DNA of 64,000 nt from Gammaproteobacteria bacterium (GTDB lineage Bacteria > Pseudomonadota > Gammaproteobacteria > Ga0077536), in contig OZ244144.1 of assembly GCA_965216305.1 (NCBI GenBank), positions 3,244,409 through 3,308,408 on the forward strand, read 5' to 3'. Below are positions 10,677 to 20,195 of the stretch, one piece after another; position 1 is the stretch's first letter, and every line of letters starts with the position of its first letter. The notes beneath the pieces were generated by a model. It saw only the letters and a list, made by a program, of their open reading frames with translations, was not told where the DNA came from and did no database searches. The position numbers and the translations under genes were made by a program.

Positions 10677-11533
10677 TCTTCACCGCTAATAGCGAATTTC
10701 GCTTTCAAACCTTCTTCATTGCTGATTTTGATTCCTTTTTTCCACAAAGTGTAGCGCATCATTAGCGACTGCATCGCCCCTAATGGGCGTCGGTCGGAAT
10801 CGAATAATCCTACTTCCGATGGCCGAACCATGAACGAACCGATTCTTGGTTTTTCGAGCCACGAACATTCCGCATACAGAACTAAATTGCCGAATAGAAA
10901 ATCTCGAAAGACCTTCTCACCGCGGGGCAAGGCAATGACCCAACGCACTCTGTTCTTAGTGTTGATCACGTCCAGCATTCTTTCTGCGCTCAAGAACGTC
11001 GCAGATGAACTTCGCTCAACATCGGCGTCGAACCGGATTTCCGGGGCGGGCACCTTTGTTCGGCTCCCAAGAGTCGGCGAGTTAGCGCCAAGGATCATGG
11101 TCGATTTCCGCCGGATAATGGATCGGTTTTCGTACTCAACATCAATTTGGTGGGCCTCAGTAAATTGATCTATTTCGCCTGAAAAAGCTTCGATGAGTAC
11201 TTCGGCCCCGCTGCATCCGATATAGAAATCTGCTCGCCGGACATGACCCCGCCTTACGCTGATCGGATTAAATACGACATTCAAATCGAGGCGCAATCGA
11301 TTTTCATTAATCGCATCTGGCTCCAACTCAATCAAAATGATGTTTTGCTCTTGCTCTTGGCGAGACATCCAAGGCGCTAAAACCGGTGGCGAAATGGTAA
11401 CTTTTCTCACGACGATTCCCGAGTAGCTACGGTTGAAATCCTTGCCGCGCCTTCCTAATTGTGAAGCTGCAGACGAATCGCTGAACTTGAATATTATCCC
11501 TGCTAGTTTATTGCACCTATGGACCCCGAACAA
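10673..11533 (-). CDS. Hypothetical protein translationally coupled to the FAAL-like gene. The start is uncertain: TTG at 11533 or ATG at 11368.
   Basis: The ORF ends in a 4-nt ATGA overlap with the FAAL start. No motifs recognised. Its 5' end overlaps the tail of the decayed transposase, so the shorter start may be the real one. Confidence 0.5.
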   Translation of the reverse strand: MFGVHRCNKLAGIIFKFSDSSAASQLGRRGKDFNRSYSGIVVRKVTISPPVLAPWMSRQEQEQNIILIELEPDAINENRLRLDLNVVFNPISVRRGHVRRADFYIGCSGAEVLIEAFSGEIDQFTEAHQIDVEYENRSIIRRKSTMILGANSPTLGSRTKVPAPEIRFDADVERSSSATFLSAERMLDVINTKNRVRWVIALPRGEKVFRDFLFGNLVLYAECSWLEKPRIGSFMVRPSEVGLFDSDRRPLGAMQSLMMRYTLWKKGIKISNEEGLKAKFAISGEE

Positions 11534-12531
11534 TCACGCAGCGAGCGGAACGTAGTAATGGTGGAGGCCTCGACGGCAGGAAGCTCGAGAACGTTGTCGG
11601 GATCGGCTGCTCGTACCGAGCAGCCCTCCGGTGCATCCTCGTCCAAAGACCGGTGCGTTCGCTAGGGATGGTAATAACCAAGGTACGACGACAACAATCG
11701 CTTGAGATGCCGTCCATTGAGGATGACAACGTGAACCAGGAGTTATGAACGAAGGCTACCGATCACACATTCAGCATAAGCGTTTTGCCAAGGTGAAGCC
11801 GGCGCCCTAACGACCTCCTATATTCCTAGAGAATCAATTCTTCGCCGGACCCTGTTTCCGTAAATGCCGTCGCCGTCCCGTAACAAGTAACGCGTAGCCG
11901 TATCGAAGGGAAACGCTTCAACCGGTTGCTGCGCCGTCCACTGAGCCGTGGGATGTTCTGTCACATTGAAATGGAGTATGCGCCGCCGATCATGGGCAAA
12001 TACGAGAAAAGCGAACAACCCTTTGAACTTCGCCGTTAGCACGATGAAGAATTCGACAGCGACAGGTTCTTTCAAATGTAAATCGAGAAATGTCCGCCAA
12101 GTCGCGGGCGGTAGCCTGTCCCCATGCGGCTTGTACTTCTCCACCGTCGATTTCGCGACTTCGATCCCGAGCTCCTGAAGTTCAGCGGCGATTCTCGGTA
12201 ATCCCCAAGCGGGATTAGCCCGCCACATCCGCCTGATGAGAATTCGTAATTCGGGCGCGATCTTTGACCGGCCCGGACAACCGCCTTGACTTAGTACCCG
12301 CCGATAATCTCGAAATCGCTTTTGCTGCCAGAGCGCGACCGTTCGCGGTTGAACAAAGTATATGGCTTTCCGCCACTGCGACCGTACCTTCGCGAGAATG
12401 GACCAGAACAAGCGATCAGACGGTGCGATGCGGGGTCTTTTCCCCGTCGATCGGTAAGCCGTAAGCTGATGGCGCAGAACGGCGTTTTCCAGCTGCAATG
12501 ACAGCGGAGAACGATCCGTCGACACGGGCAC
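11517..12531 (-). pseudogene. Decayed IS transposase (rve/DDE integrase-core type), broken by frameshifts.
   Basis: The 237-aa ORF (11818-12531) has an HTH-plus-integrase-core look and stops prematurely. The expected continuation EVVRAPASPWQNAYAECVIGSLR is readable in another frame at about 11745-11815. A further piece, HVVILNGRHLKRLLSSYLGYYH, is readable in a third frame at about 11640-11730. Confidence 0.75.
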
Positions 12532-12975
12532 TAGCGGACGTTAGAGTCCTTCGAGTCCGCAACCCCGAACTGGGTCGAATCATGCTGGAATCGATCGGCG
12601 ACGTACCACCCGTCGAGAAAGAGAACGCGTGTTATCACGAAACGGAGTCGACCCTCGCGGCCTGACTCGAATTAAACGGCCCCCGGGATTCCCGGCGCGG
12701 TTCATTCTCAGGCTTGGAGGTTTCTGATGGGAAGAAATCGAAGGCCACCGGAAACGACGGATACACGCGGCCAAAGAAACTCTTGACTCAAGCGGTGCTC
12801 TGATCCCGCATTCCCGTATTTGACCCACGGTGACAGACGATTTACAAGAATGACAATTTTGGTGGCTGAATCGACCATTTTTGCTAACCTTCGGCGCAAC
12901 TTGAGCCGTCCAGATTTATAGTAAGCCATTCCCACGCGTCCCACCTCCAACCTGACATAAAAGCGATTTTCGTCG

Positions 12976-13012
12976 TTGACAAGCTGGAACGATAGTGTGA
13001 CTATCGGTCACA
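12976..13012 (+). promoter_or_regulatory. Putative sigma70 promoter with an overlapping 17-bp palindromic operator, upstream of the MTase-vsr-REase genes.
   Basis: TTGACA (12976-12981), a 17-nt spacer, then TGtGACTAT (extended -10-like, hexamer 12999-13004). A perfect inverted repeat TGTGAC-N5-GTCACA at 12996-13012 overlaps the -10 element, about 40 nt upstream of the MTase ATG. Confidence 0.45.
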
Positions 13013-13052
13013 TTATTCTCCCCCTTTTTACAATTCACGAACGGGTAGGTCG

Positions 13053-14393
13053 ATGCGTGAGCAAACAGATTTCGAACTCCTTTCGACTGTCGCTTCCATC
13101 TATTCCCAGCAAGCTATTGCTGACGAAATTCAGCACCCAAGGGAAGTTGTCAATCGTTGGCTGAAAGAGCGTGCAAGCGCTGACAAGAAGGCATGGCTAA
13201 CATGGGTTGAGCGTGAGAGCCTGAACGCAATGCTTCCGTCGCCGAGTCAATCGGAACACCAATTCACTTTTATCGACCTTTTCGCCGGAATCGGTGGGAT
13301 TCGAAGGGGATTCGAGGCCGCGAATGGAAAGTGCGTATTCACCAGCGAATACGACAAATATGCCGTCAGAACTTACCTCGCAAACCATTACTGCGATCAC
13401 GTGATCCAAGGCGATATCAGGGACATAACGCAGTCACCAGGAATGAGCGAACGCCAGGCGACAGCGCATATTCGGCGTTCGATTCCTGACCACGATATCC
13501 TCTTGGCAGGATTCCCGTGTCAGCCTTTCTCGATTGCCGGCGTTTCGAAGAAGAATGCGCTTGGACGTGCCCATGGATTCGAGTGTGACACCCAAGGCAC
13601 GCTGTTTTTCGACGTAGCCCGGATAATCGCGGCCAAGCAACCGCTCGCATTGATGCTGGAAAACGTCAAAAATCTGAAGAGCCATGATCGTGGCAAGACT
13701 TTTCGTGTCATCATGGATGTGCTAGATGAACTTGGTTACGAGGTCTTGGATGCCGAATATTCGTTGGGCGACACTGATCCTAAAATTATAAACGGGAAAA
13801 ATTTCGTCCCGCAAAACCGAGAACGGATTGTGTTGGCAGCATTCCGGCGTGACTTGAATGTGGCGCAAGGACTAACGCTCGCTGACATCAAGAAGTTTTT
13901 CCCGAAAAGCCCCCCGAAAGTAGGCGATATCCTTGAGTCGGAATCAGAGGTCGACGATAGGTACACGCTGACCCCGAAACTTTGGGAATACCTTAAGGAC
14001 TACGCCGACAAGCACAAAGCCGCGGGCAATGGTTTTGGGTTTGGCAAAGTGACTGCGGAGGATCGCTCGACGCGTACGCTATCCGCGCGGTATTACAAAG
14101 ACGGCTCCGAAATCCTGATTGATCGTGGGCGTAATATGCGCCCTCGAAGACTGACCCCACGGGAATGCGCCCGATTGATGGGCTTCGACAAGCCGCGGGA
14201 AAGCAAATTCAAGATCCCTGTATCAGACACCCAAGCGTATAAGCAGTTCGGAAACAGCGTTGTCGTCCCGGTCTTCGAAGCAGTTGCGCTGCTCATGAAA
14301 CCTGCAATTCTGGAGGCGCAAAAGGTCGCCGCAAAAAATGCGGCTAAGCAGACCAAGGCTGCGGCGACCCGAAAGAAAAAGAAAGCAGCCTGA
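13053..14393 (+). CDS. dcm: DNA (cytosine-5) methyltransferase with an N-terminal HTH extension (SsoII/EcoRII-Dcm-like architecture).
   Basis: C5-MTase motifs are present: [10 protein letters not shown] (I), GFPCQPFS (IV), ENVKNL (VI), QNRERI (VIII) and GNSVVVPV (X). About 70 aa precede motif I and contain an HTH-like segment, [20 protein letters not shown]. The tail is Lys-rich. Confidence 0.93.
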   Translation: MREQTDFELLSTVASIYSQQAIADEIQHPREVVNRWLKERASADKKAWLTWVERESLNAMLPSPSQSEHQFTFIDLFAGIGGIRRGFEAANGKCVFTSEYDKYAVRTYLANHYCDHVIQGDIRDITQSPGMSERQATAHIRRSIPDHDILLAGFPCQPFSIAGVSKKNALGRAHGFECDTQGTLFFDVARIIAAKQPLALMLENVKNLKSHDRGKTFRVIMDVLDELGYEVLDAEYSLGDTDPKIINGKNFVPQNRERIVLAAFRRDLNVAQGLTLADIKKFFPKSPPKVGDILESESEVDDRYTLTPKLWEYLKDYADKHKAAGNGFGFGKVTAEDRSTRTLSARYYKDGSEILIDRGRNMRPRRLTPRECARLMGFDKPRESKFKIPVSDTQAYKQFGNSVVVPVFEAVALLMKPAILEAQKVAAKNAAKQTKAAATRKKKKAA

Positions 14394-14836
14394 TGGCGGA
14401 TGACGTCTCGCGGGAACAGCGCTCCCGCATGATGGCAGGAATCAAGGGAAAGGACACCAAACCGGAGCTCGTCGTGAGAAAGGCTCTTTTCCGCCGCGGC
14501 TTCCGTTACCGCTTGCACAGAAAGGATTTACCCGGCACGCCCGATATTGTTTTCCCGAAATACCACGCGGTTATCCTTGTTAATGGTTGTTTCTGGCACT
14601 GCCACGAGTGTGAACTGTTTAAATGGCCGAAGAAAAATGCAATGTTCTGGCGGACGAAAATCCTCAATAACAAGACGCGCGATGCACGTAACATGGCACT
14701 ACTCCGGGACGCGGGATGGCGCGTGACTACCCTTTGGGAGTGCAGCATAAAACGCAAACCCGCTAGGAGGATTGAAAGGGAAATTGATCGGTTGGAGGCA
14801 TGGCTCAAGGAAAAGCCGCGGGATTGGCGATATTGA
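14393..14836 (+). CDS. vsr: Very short patch repair endonuclease (Vsr).
   Basis: Sequence includes KGKDTKPELVVRKALFRRGFRYRLHRKDLPGTPDIVFPKYHAVILVNGCFWHCHEC, then FW..K...N..RD, then GWRVTTLWEC, which matches the Vsr family signature. The start overlaps the MTase stop (TGATG). Confidence 0.93.
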   Translation: MADDVSREQRSRMMAGIKGKDTKPELVVRKALFRRGFRYRLHRKDLPGTPDIVFPKYHAVILVNGCFWHCHECELFKWPKKNAMFWRTKILNNKTRDARNMALLRDAGWRVTTLWECSIKRKPARRIEREIDRLEAWLKEKPRDWRY

Positions 14837-14852
14837 ACCGGGGATTGATTCT

Positions 14853-16262
14853 GTGCCACAACAGCCGGGAACGTACGACACCAAGAAAGCAAAAGATCTG
14901 GGTTTGGCGGTGCTTCTCTCCATGTTCGACGACCTTGGCGCCGAGAAAATCTATGCGAAGCAGCTGGCCCCGAACGACAACAGCAAGAATCAACCCTATC
15001 TCGCGGGACATCTGACCGAGGTCGCGTTCCTCCCCACCGGGGAGCTAATCCCGTCGGGGACGCGGTCGCAAAAGACTGCAGATTCCAACCGACAAGTGAA
15101 GTTTCAGGCTCCGATGAACCTCGCCTGGCTGGATCCAGAAGGGCACCTGCACGACGCCCCAAACGCCAAGCTGATCTACTACCCCCAATATCCCGAAGTT
15201 CGATTTTCCGGTTTTCTGAAAGGTTCGTCCGTCAACTTGAGCGAATGGATGAACCCCGCACGTCGGGGGAGAGCGCCAGGTCGCTGGATGATTCTCGGCG
15301 TTAATCGAAACGGTACCGTCTATGCGTATCTGGCAACCCCTGGAAGCAGCCTGGCGAGCCAGCTTGAAAAAACTGAGTTGGTCGACGTGGGCAGTGCACT
15401 ACAGGAAATCCGCGTGAATAACTCGCTCAGCGGAAAATCAACGAAGGAAGTGTTGACGGCCAAGCTAAAGGAGATAAGCGAGCTCGGATGGATCGCCGGG
15501 CAGAAGATGAACGCTGACGGAAATTCCTCTCGCTACAAGGCACCGAACGGCGGAGGCTATACGCTTGAGGCGCTTCTTGGTATTTCACCAAACGGATATG
15601 CCGAACCAGATTATCTGGGTTGGGAGGTTAAGCAGTTCGGCGTAACGGAGTTTCCGAAACGCGGAGCCAAGCCAACAACACTTTTCACTCCCGAACCGGA
15701 CGGGGGCCTTTACCGGCAGCAAGGAGCAGCAGAATTTGTCAGGCGGTACGGATACCCTGACAAATCCGGCGTTCCCGACAGGCTCAATATTGGCGGAAAA
15801 CATACTTTCGGCATACGGGTCGAAGGCACGGGCCTGACCCTTGTTCTGACGGGGTTCGATCGCGACGACTGCCGCATTACCGATGCAAGCGGTGCGATAA
15901 CGTTGCTGGACAATGTGGAATCGGTCGCGGCGCACTGGAGTTACACAAAGCTGATAGATCACTGGAAACGCAAACATGCGCAGGCGGTGTACATACCCTG
16001 CATCAGACGAACCGGGCCAGCGCGTGAGCACGAATACAGTTACGGCGCGGATGTGGAACTCGGGTCCGGCACTGACTTCAACATGTTGCTCTCCGCAATT
16101 TCGGAAGGCCATGTTTACTACGACCCGGGGATCAAACTTGAAAAGGCTTCGAGCGATTCGCCGAAACTGAAAAGGCGGAACCAATTCCGGATCAACCACA
16201 GGCACTTGCAGAATCTCTACACTGAATTCGAGTTTCTTAATGTTTCTGAAAATGGCGATTAG
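14853..16262 (+). CDS. Putative type II restriction endonuclease partner of the MTase/Vsr pair. The start is uncertain: GTG at 14853, ATG at 14922, or the ORF-track start at 14772.
   Basis: It lies immediately downstream and on the same strand as dcm-vsr, the classical M-V-R arrangement. The N-terminal segment YAKQLAPNDNSKNQPYLAG loosely resembles the EcoRII N-domain segment IKRLSANDTGATGGHQVGLY. The catalytic motif was not identified by eye. Confidence 0.6.
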   Translation: MPQQPGTYDTKKAKDLGLAVLLSMFDDLGAEKIYAKQLAPNDNSKNQPYLAGHLTEVAFLPTGELIPSGTRSQKTADSNRQVKFQAPMNLAWLDPEGHLHDAPNAKLIYYPQYPEVRFSGFLKGSSVNLSEWMNPARRGRAPGRWMILGVNRNGTVYAYLATPGSSLASQLEKTELVDVGSALQEIRVNNSLSGKSTKEVLTAKLKEISELGWIAGQKMNADGNSSRYKAPNGGGYTLEALLGISPNGYAEPDYLGWEVKQFGVTEFPKRGAKPTTLFTPEPDGGLYRQQGAAEFVRRYGYPDKSGVPDRLNIGGKHTFGIRVEGTGLTLVLTGFDRDDCRITDASGAITLLDNVESVAAHWSYTKLIDHWKRKHAQAVYIPCIRRTGPAREHEYSYGADVELGSGTDFNMLLSAISEGHVYYDPGIKLEKASSDSPKLKRRNQFRINHRHLQNLYTEFEFLNVSENGD

Positions 16263-16593
16263 AGCGCAGCCAACCTCGGATCTGGCCTTTGCCAACGCGA
16301 AACCCGGTGCGACTCAATTAACTGACCAGTTGAGCTTCCCCGTTTGTTCCCCGGCAGCACCTGTGAGGGATCGCCCATGCAATCGATGACACAAACACGA
16401 TTACCAAGCTCGCCACGGCGCGATTCCGCACAGTTTTGAAATTGAACAGCCCGCAATTTTTCTGACAGCGGAGCGTTCGGAATCCATCCAGGTGCCACTG
16501 TCGAAGACCTGCGTGGTGAACTATAATATTTTAGTGCTGACCTCGGATATACGGCAAAACAGAGACGCCTCCAGGCTGCCAGGTTCACAACGG

Positions 16594-16827
16594 ATGAGCG
16601 CTCGAACGCCGCGGCATTATTTCGGGGTCGCGTTACGGCTTCTCTGGAGTGCAATCCGCATCGCTGTTCGCATTCTCGCCGGAATGACCCGCTTCCTTGC
16701 AGCGAACGCCCGGACAACGCCCGCCAGCGATGTGCTCAATAGTTCGATTAGAGGCGGCGTCCTGAACTACCGAACCGGGAAGCTCGACGACGGCACCGAT
16801 CCTTACGGTTGGTACGGGCGCGACTAA
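16594..16827 (+). CDS. Possible small membrane protein, convergent with the TraG-like gene.
   Basis: Short ORF with one hydrophobic segment (FGVALRLLWSAIRIAVRILAG) and a plausible soluble tail (GKLDDGTDPYGWY). There is no strong RBS. Weak call. Confidence 0.3.
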   Translation: MSARTPRHYFGVALRLLWSAIRIAVRILAGMTRFLAANARTTPASDVLNSSIRGGVLNYRTGKLDDGTDPYGWYGRD

Positions 16828-18395
16828 CGGCGGGCGCCTGCTCCCTTCGTGACGATTCCCTTGCCGATCGCGCCTCCCTGGCGACCGGCGTCCATGGCTG
16901 GACCTTTGAGCGGGCTAGTGGCCGCATCGATCGAACGACCTACTTTCACTCCTGCCCACATCATCATTCCACTCCACAGCAGCGGCAGCCCCAGATAAAG
17001 ACTGGTCGTAATCATATTCAGCAACATTCGCTTCCCGTCATGCTCACCCGGGTTTGCGAAAATCTGCAGAAAGATTTTCACATCCGGATACATCGATTGA
17101 ATCAGGTTCTGATCGACCCATAAGGCCAGGTACCAAAGCACGCTCCAGAATTTAACGGTGAAGATAGCCATCGCACCGGTCACCATCATCGACACAGAAT
17201 ATCGCGAAAGGACAACAATCATCGGTAGAAGCGCGTAAATGCCGAGGAGCAAAAGCGCCTGCACCATCGGCAGTCCGGCGAGGACTGCCGTCATCGTGAC
17301 TGAGAAGAGCGCCGATGCGACCAGTGTGCCGCCGACGGCAAGCCCGGCTTTCAGCGTATTTTCTACCGTGTTCAGTAATTCCGTCGTTCCCGCATTGCGC
17401 GACATTAGGTCGTTGTTCGACCAAGATGGCGGGGAATTGGCGAGAATGGTTTTAGCGACGGCATCGGATTGTTGTTCACTCGCTAAGGCTGGAGCGACGG
17501 AGACTACGAGGCTCGAAAAACCAGCGGCGGTCGCATTGGCTTCGTTGACCAGCTTTTTCCGTAAACCGTTCGTGCTCTCTTCCCACCATTCCTTGCAGTA
17601 AGGTTTGCCCCAGATCGGTGGTGATCCGGTTTCGTACTCCGTGTCGCGGGCCGCGTTGTATCGCCAGCCCGGCACCGGAATCGACGGTCGCAGCGTGTCG
17701 TAGTAACCCGGGGTCGTTCGATAAACGTGCGAGCCGAGCCAGTCCGGGTCGCTGTGGCCGTAGGTTGCGATGGCAGCGTTCACTGATACCGAACTAGGGC
17801 GTTCTGCCTGATATTTCGACCGCGCAGGAATATAGCACTCGCTGAAGAAGTCACTGACCTCCTGGCGTAATCGCGGATCCGCGATCGTGGCTAATCGTGC
17901 TTGTTGCTCGTAAGTGCGCATATCCGAGGCGGACGGCAGCCCTTCGATCACGGCATGATTAAATCCGGCGCTCATAGATAGCACGGCATACCACCAGATC
18001 GGAATGTTTACCGTCCCCGCCGATCCAGCGAATCCCGAGGATCCGTAGGTGCTCTGCGGTGCCGCGACCGTCGCCGTCGCCGGGGACGGCTCATTCAATG
18101 TCGGCGGCGGAGTGTAATTTAGCGTGGTCGCCTGCAATGGCGTCAGTGCGGCTGGCTGCCCGGCGAGTACGACGACAAGCAATGCAATGAACAGCTCGAG
18201 TTCCATTCGACGCAACGAGAGTCCCGTCACGGTACCGAACTCTCCGCCCTCGGCCGGTTCGCGCCAGTTATCGATCAGGATCCCGAGGAACGGCAGGAAC
18301 ACAATGCCCGTAGCGACCAGCACATCCCACAGGACGCGATAGAACGTCCATCCGAACAGCGTCGTGAATAATTCGAGATAACTGTCTACGCTCAC
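16824..18395 (-). CDS. traG: ICE conjugal transfer membrane protein, TraG N-terminal-domain family.
   Basis: A 523-aa polytopic membrane protein. It begins MSVDSYLELFTTLFGWTFYRVLWDVLVATGIVFLPFLGILIDNW, typical of TraG_N proteins of this ICE family, and sits at the distal end of the mating-pair formation operon. Confidence 0.8.
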   Translation of the reverse strand: MSVDSYLELFTTLFGWTFYRVLWDVLVATGIVFLPFLGILIDNWREPAEGGEFGTVTGLSLRRMELELFIALLVVVLAGQPAALTPLQATTLNYTPPPTLNEPSPATATVAAPQSTYGSSGFAGSAGTVNIPIWWYAVLSMSAGFNHAVIEGLPSASDMRTYEQQARLATIADPRLRQEVSDFFSECYIPARSKYQAERPSSVSVNAAIATYGHSDPDWLGSHVYRTTPGYYDTLRPSIPVPGWRYNAARDTEYETGSPPIWGKPYCKEWWEESTNGLRKKLVNEANATAAGFSSLVVSVAPALASEQQSDAVAKTILANSPPSWSNNDLMSRNAGTTELLNTVENTLKAGLAVGGTLVASALFSVTMTAVLAGLPMVQALLLLGIYALLPMIVVLSRYSVSMMVTGAMAIFTVKFWSVLWYLALWVDQNLIQSMYPDVKIFLQIFANPGEHDGKRMLLNMITTSLYLGLPLLWSGMMMWAGVKVGRSIDAATSPLKGPAMDAGRQGGAIGKGIVTKGAGARR

Positions 18396-18775
18396 GCTTG
18401 ATCAGCCTGCAGCAATCCGAGCATCTGGCCAATCAGGTTCTGGCCCAGCAGGAGTTCGATCACGATGAGCCAGATCACGATCCGCCATCGCAGCGATTTC
18501 AGCGCGGTAACGTCTTCGCTACTGAGATGCCGTCTTTGCTGAATACTGTTGATGACGAGAGGCCAGGCAATTGCGATGAGTGCGATCAGACTCAGCCGGA
18601 TCCCGGTGATGGTGGGTTGCATGGAATCGATCCGTTGTTGTATTTCGCTAATGGAAGACAGTGCTACCGATTGCCATAGCGCCCAACCGACGATTACCGT
18701 CAACGTCATCGCCAGCAGCGTTAATCGAACGGACCAGCGATAACTCGATGCCGACCGACTACTCGACTCGTCCAT
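18392..18775 (-). CDS. Small ICE inner-membrane protein (127 aa from the ATG at 18775).
   Basis: Three hydrophobic helices. The ORF-track N-terminal extension overlaps the upstream gene and is Arg-rich noise. ATGA-type coupling to the traG-like gene at 18392-18395. Confidence 0.6.
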   Translation of the reverse strand: MDESSSRSASSYRWSVRLTLLAMTLTVIVGWALWQSVALSSISEIQQRIDSMQPTITGIRLSLIALIAIAWPLVINSIQQRRHLSSEDVTALKSLRWRIVIWLIVIELLLGQNLIGQMLGLLQADQA

Positions 18776-20195
18776 TGCGCAAAGGCTTCGGGTCGATCGT
18801 TGGAACGCCGGGTGTCTGCAAGGATGCTTGCCGCCGGACCGCCGCGCGCTCGAGTAGCGTTGCAATCGTCTCCGAGACCACCTCCTTCCGTACTCGGGTT
18901 TCGAACAACAGATCCTCGATTTCCTGGTCGAGCTCCGCGATCGCCGTGTCCGCATGTTCGCGTGCAACTTCGGTGGCGTAGACTTCCGGCACCTGCCGGC
19001 CGCTCAGTAGCAACCGCCGCGCGAGTAAGGCCTTCTCCACCGTACGCGCCGTGCTGATTTCCGATACGAGGCGCCCGATGATCAGGGCTTGTTCTGAAGA
19101 CGGCATCTCCCGGATCGACTCGATCACCTGACGCGTGATCGCAACACCGGGCGCGGTGATTTTGTCCAGGTTCGCTAATGTTAAGGGCGTCGCGCCATCG
19201 ACGAGTTTTTGTAGATCCGCGGTAACGTCCGCCGCTTCCTCGTTGAGCTTCGGCAGGAGGCCTGTGCCGGGGATCGTGTCCTTTCGACAGGTATCGCACG
19301 TCGTCACGATGTTTTCGCCGACGACATCGACCACCCAGTTTCTGGCGGCGGCCGGGGTTTTCCAGTGCTGGGTTAAGCGCGCCACCTTTGTGGGTCGGCT
19401 TGTCGCTGTGATCGCGCGATTCATATTGATGTTGTAGCCGGCCTTCACGATGTCGCCCGTGAATGCCAGCACCGGCTGGCCTCGGCCGCCTGCATTTCGG
19501 CCGATCCACGGGACACCATTCTTCCCGTTGGACGTTTCCACGGATTTCTTTGCCTTGACGGCGTCGTTGCCGCCGATTCCCATCTGGCGTTTCCAGTCGT
19601 TGCCCTTGGACAGCGTGATCAGATCGGCATAGGGATTTTTGCCTTGTGCAATCTCGGCCTCCATCTGCTCACAGGATTTCGTGGCCAGCTCGACGGTGGC
19701 CTCGGCTTTCAACAACGCGTTTTGGAACAAGTCGTAAAGGCCCGGGTTCGCGCGCTGCAGGATGAGCGCCGGTAATGATGCGATAGCCGCGCTCGCCGCC
19801 GTTGTCATGGCGCTCAACATGCTGTCGACCCCGGCACCGATGTTGTTCAGTGTGTTCGTGACGGCGGCAACCGGGTCGAACTTCCCGCAGCTGTAGCCGA
19901 GTCCGAGTTGGGCGGAGCCACCCAACGTAATTGATACGACGGAAGGGTTCGCCGGCGCCGAGACCGGCGTTGCGCCACCGATCTCGTAGTACCACAGACC
20001 GTCTTCCGTTGGTCCCTTTGTAACGGCGTAAGTCGCGTCCATGTTCAGAGACCCGAGTAAAAGCGCTACGCATAGTTGGCGACGTACGTTCGCGGATCCG
20101 GTTCGCCGGGTCACGGGTAGGTCACCCAGTCGATGTCGAATAAAAACCATTGACCGCGACGCCGGCAGCACTTGTAGGGACGCCACAGGTTCCAC
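18759..20195 (-). CDS. ICE mating-pair formation protein (PFL_4711-like / TraH-like). The start is probably internal to the ORF-track call.
   Basis: Position in the conserved operon. A signal-peptide-like segment RRQLCVALLLGSLNMDA follows an implausible leader that overlaps the upstream gene. Confidence 0.7.
   Translation of the reverse strand: MEPVASLQVLPASRSMVFIRHRLGDLPVTRRTGSANVRRQLCVALLLGSLNMDATYAVTKGPTEDGLWYYEIGGATPVSAPANPSVVSITLGGSAQLGLGYSCGKFDPVAAVTNTLNNIGAGVDSMLSAMTTAASAAIASLPALILQRANPGLYDLFQNALLKAEATVELATKSCEQMEAEIAQGKNPYADLITLSKGNDWKRQMGIGGNDAVKAKKSVETSNGKNGVPWIGRNAGGRGQPVLAFTGDIVKAGYNINMNRAITATSRPTKVARLTQHWKTPAAARNWVVDVVGENIVTTCDTCRKDTIPGTGLLPKLNEEAADVTADLQKLVDGATPLTLANLDKITAPGVAITRQVIESIREMPSSEQALIIGRLVSEISTARTVEKALLARRLLLSGRQVPEVYATEVAREHADTAIAELDQEIEDLLFETRVRKEVVSETIATLLERAAVRRQASLQTPGVPTIDPKPLRNGRVE

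Noticed and set aside
14506-16295. Minus-strand ORFs of 218 aa and 236 aa opposite the vsr and restriction-enzyme genes.
   Set aside because: They are antisense to genes with clear family signatures or operon logic. Their composition is low-complexity Arg/Ser-rich, and no start context supports them.
16259-16717. A 152-aa minus-strand ORF between the restriction gene and the TraG-like gene.
   Set aside because: It is Arg/Ser-rich with no RBS and overlaps a somewhat more protein-like plus-strand ORF. The region is more likely a decayed junction.
18721-19509. A 262-aa minus-strand ORF overlapping the PFL_4711-like gene in another frame.
   Set aside because: It is on the same strand but out of frame with a conserved ICE gene. 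Its Arg/Gly/His-rich sequence marks it as spurious.
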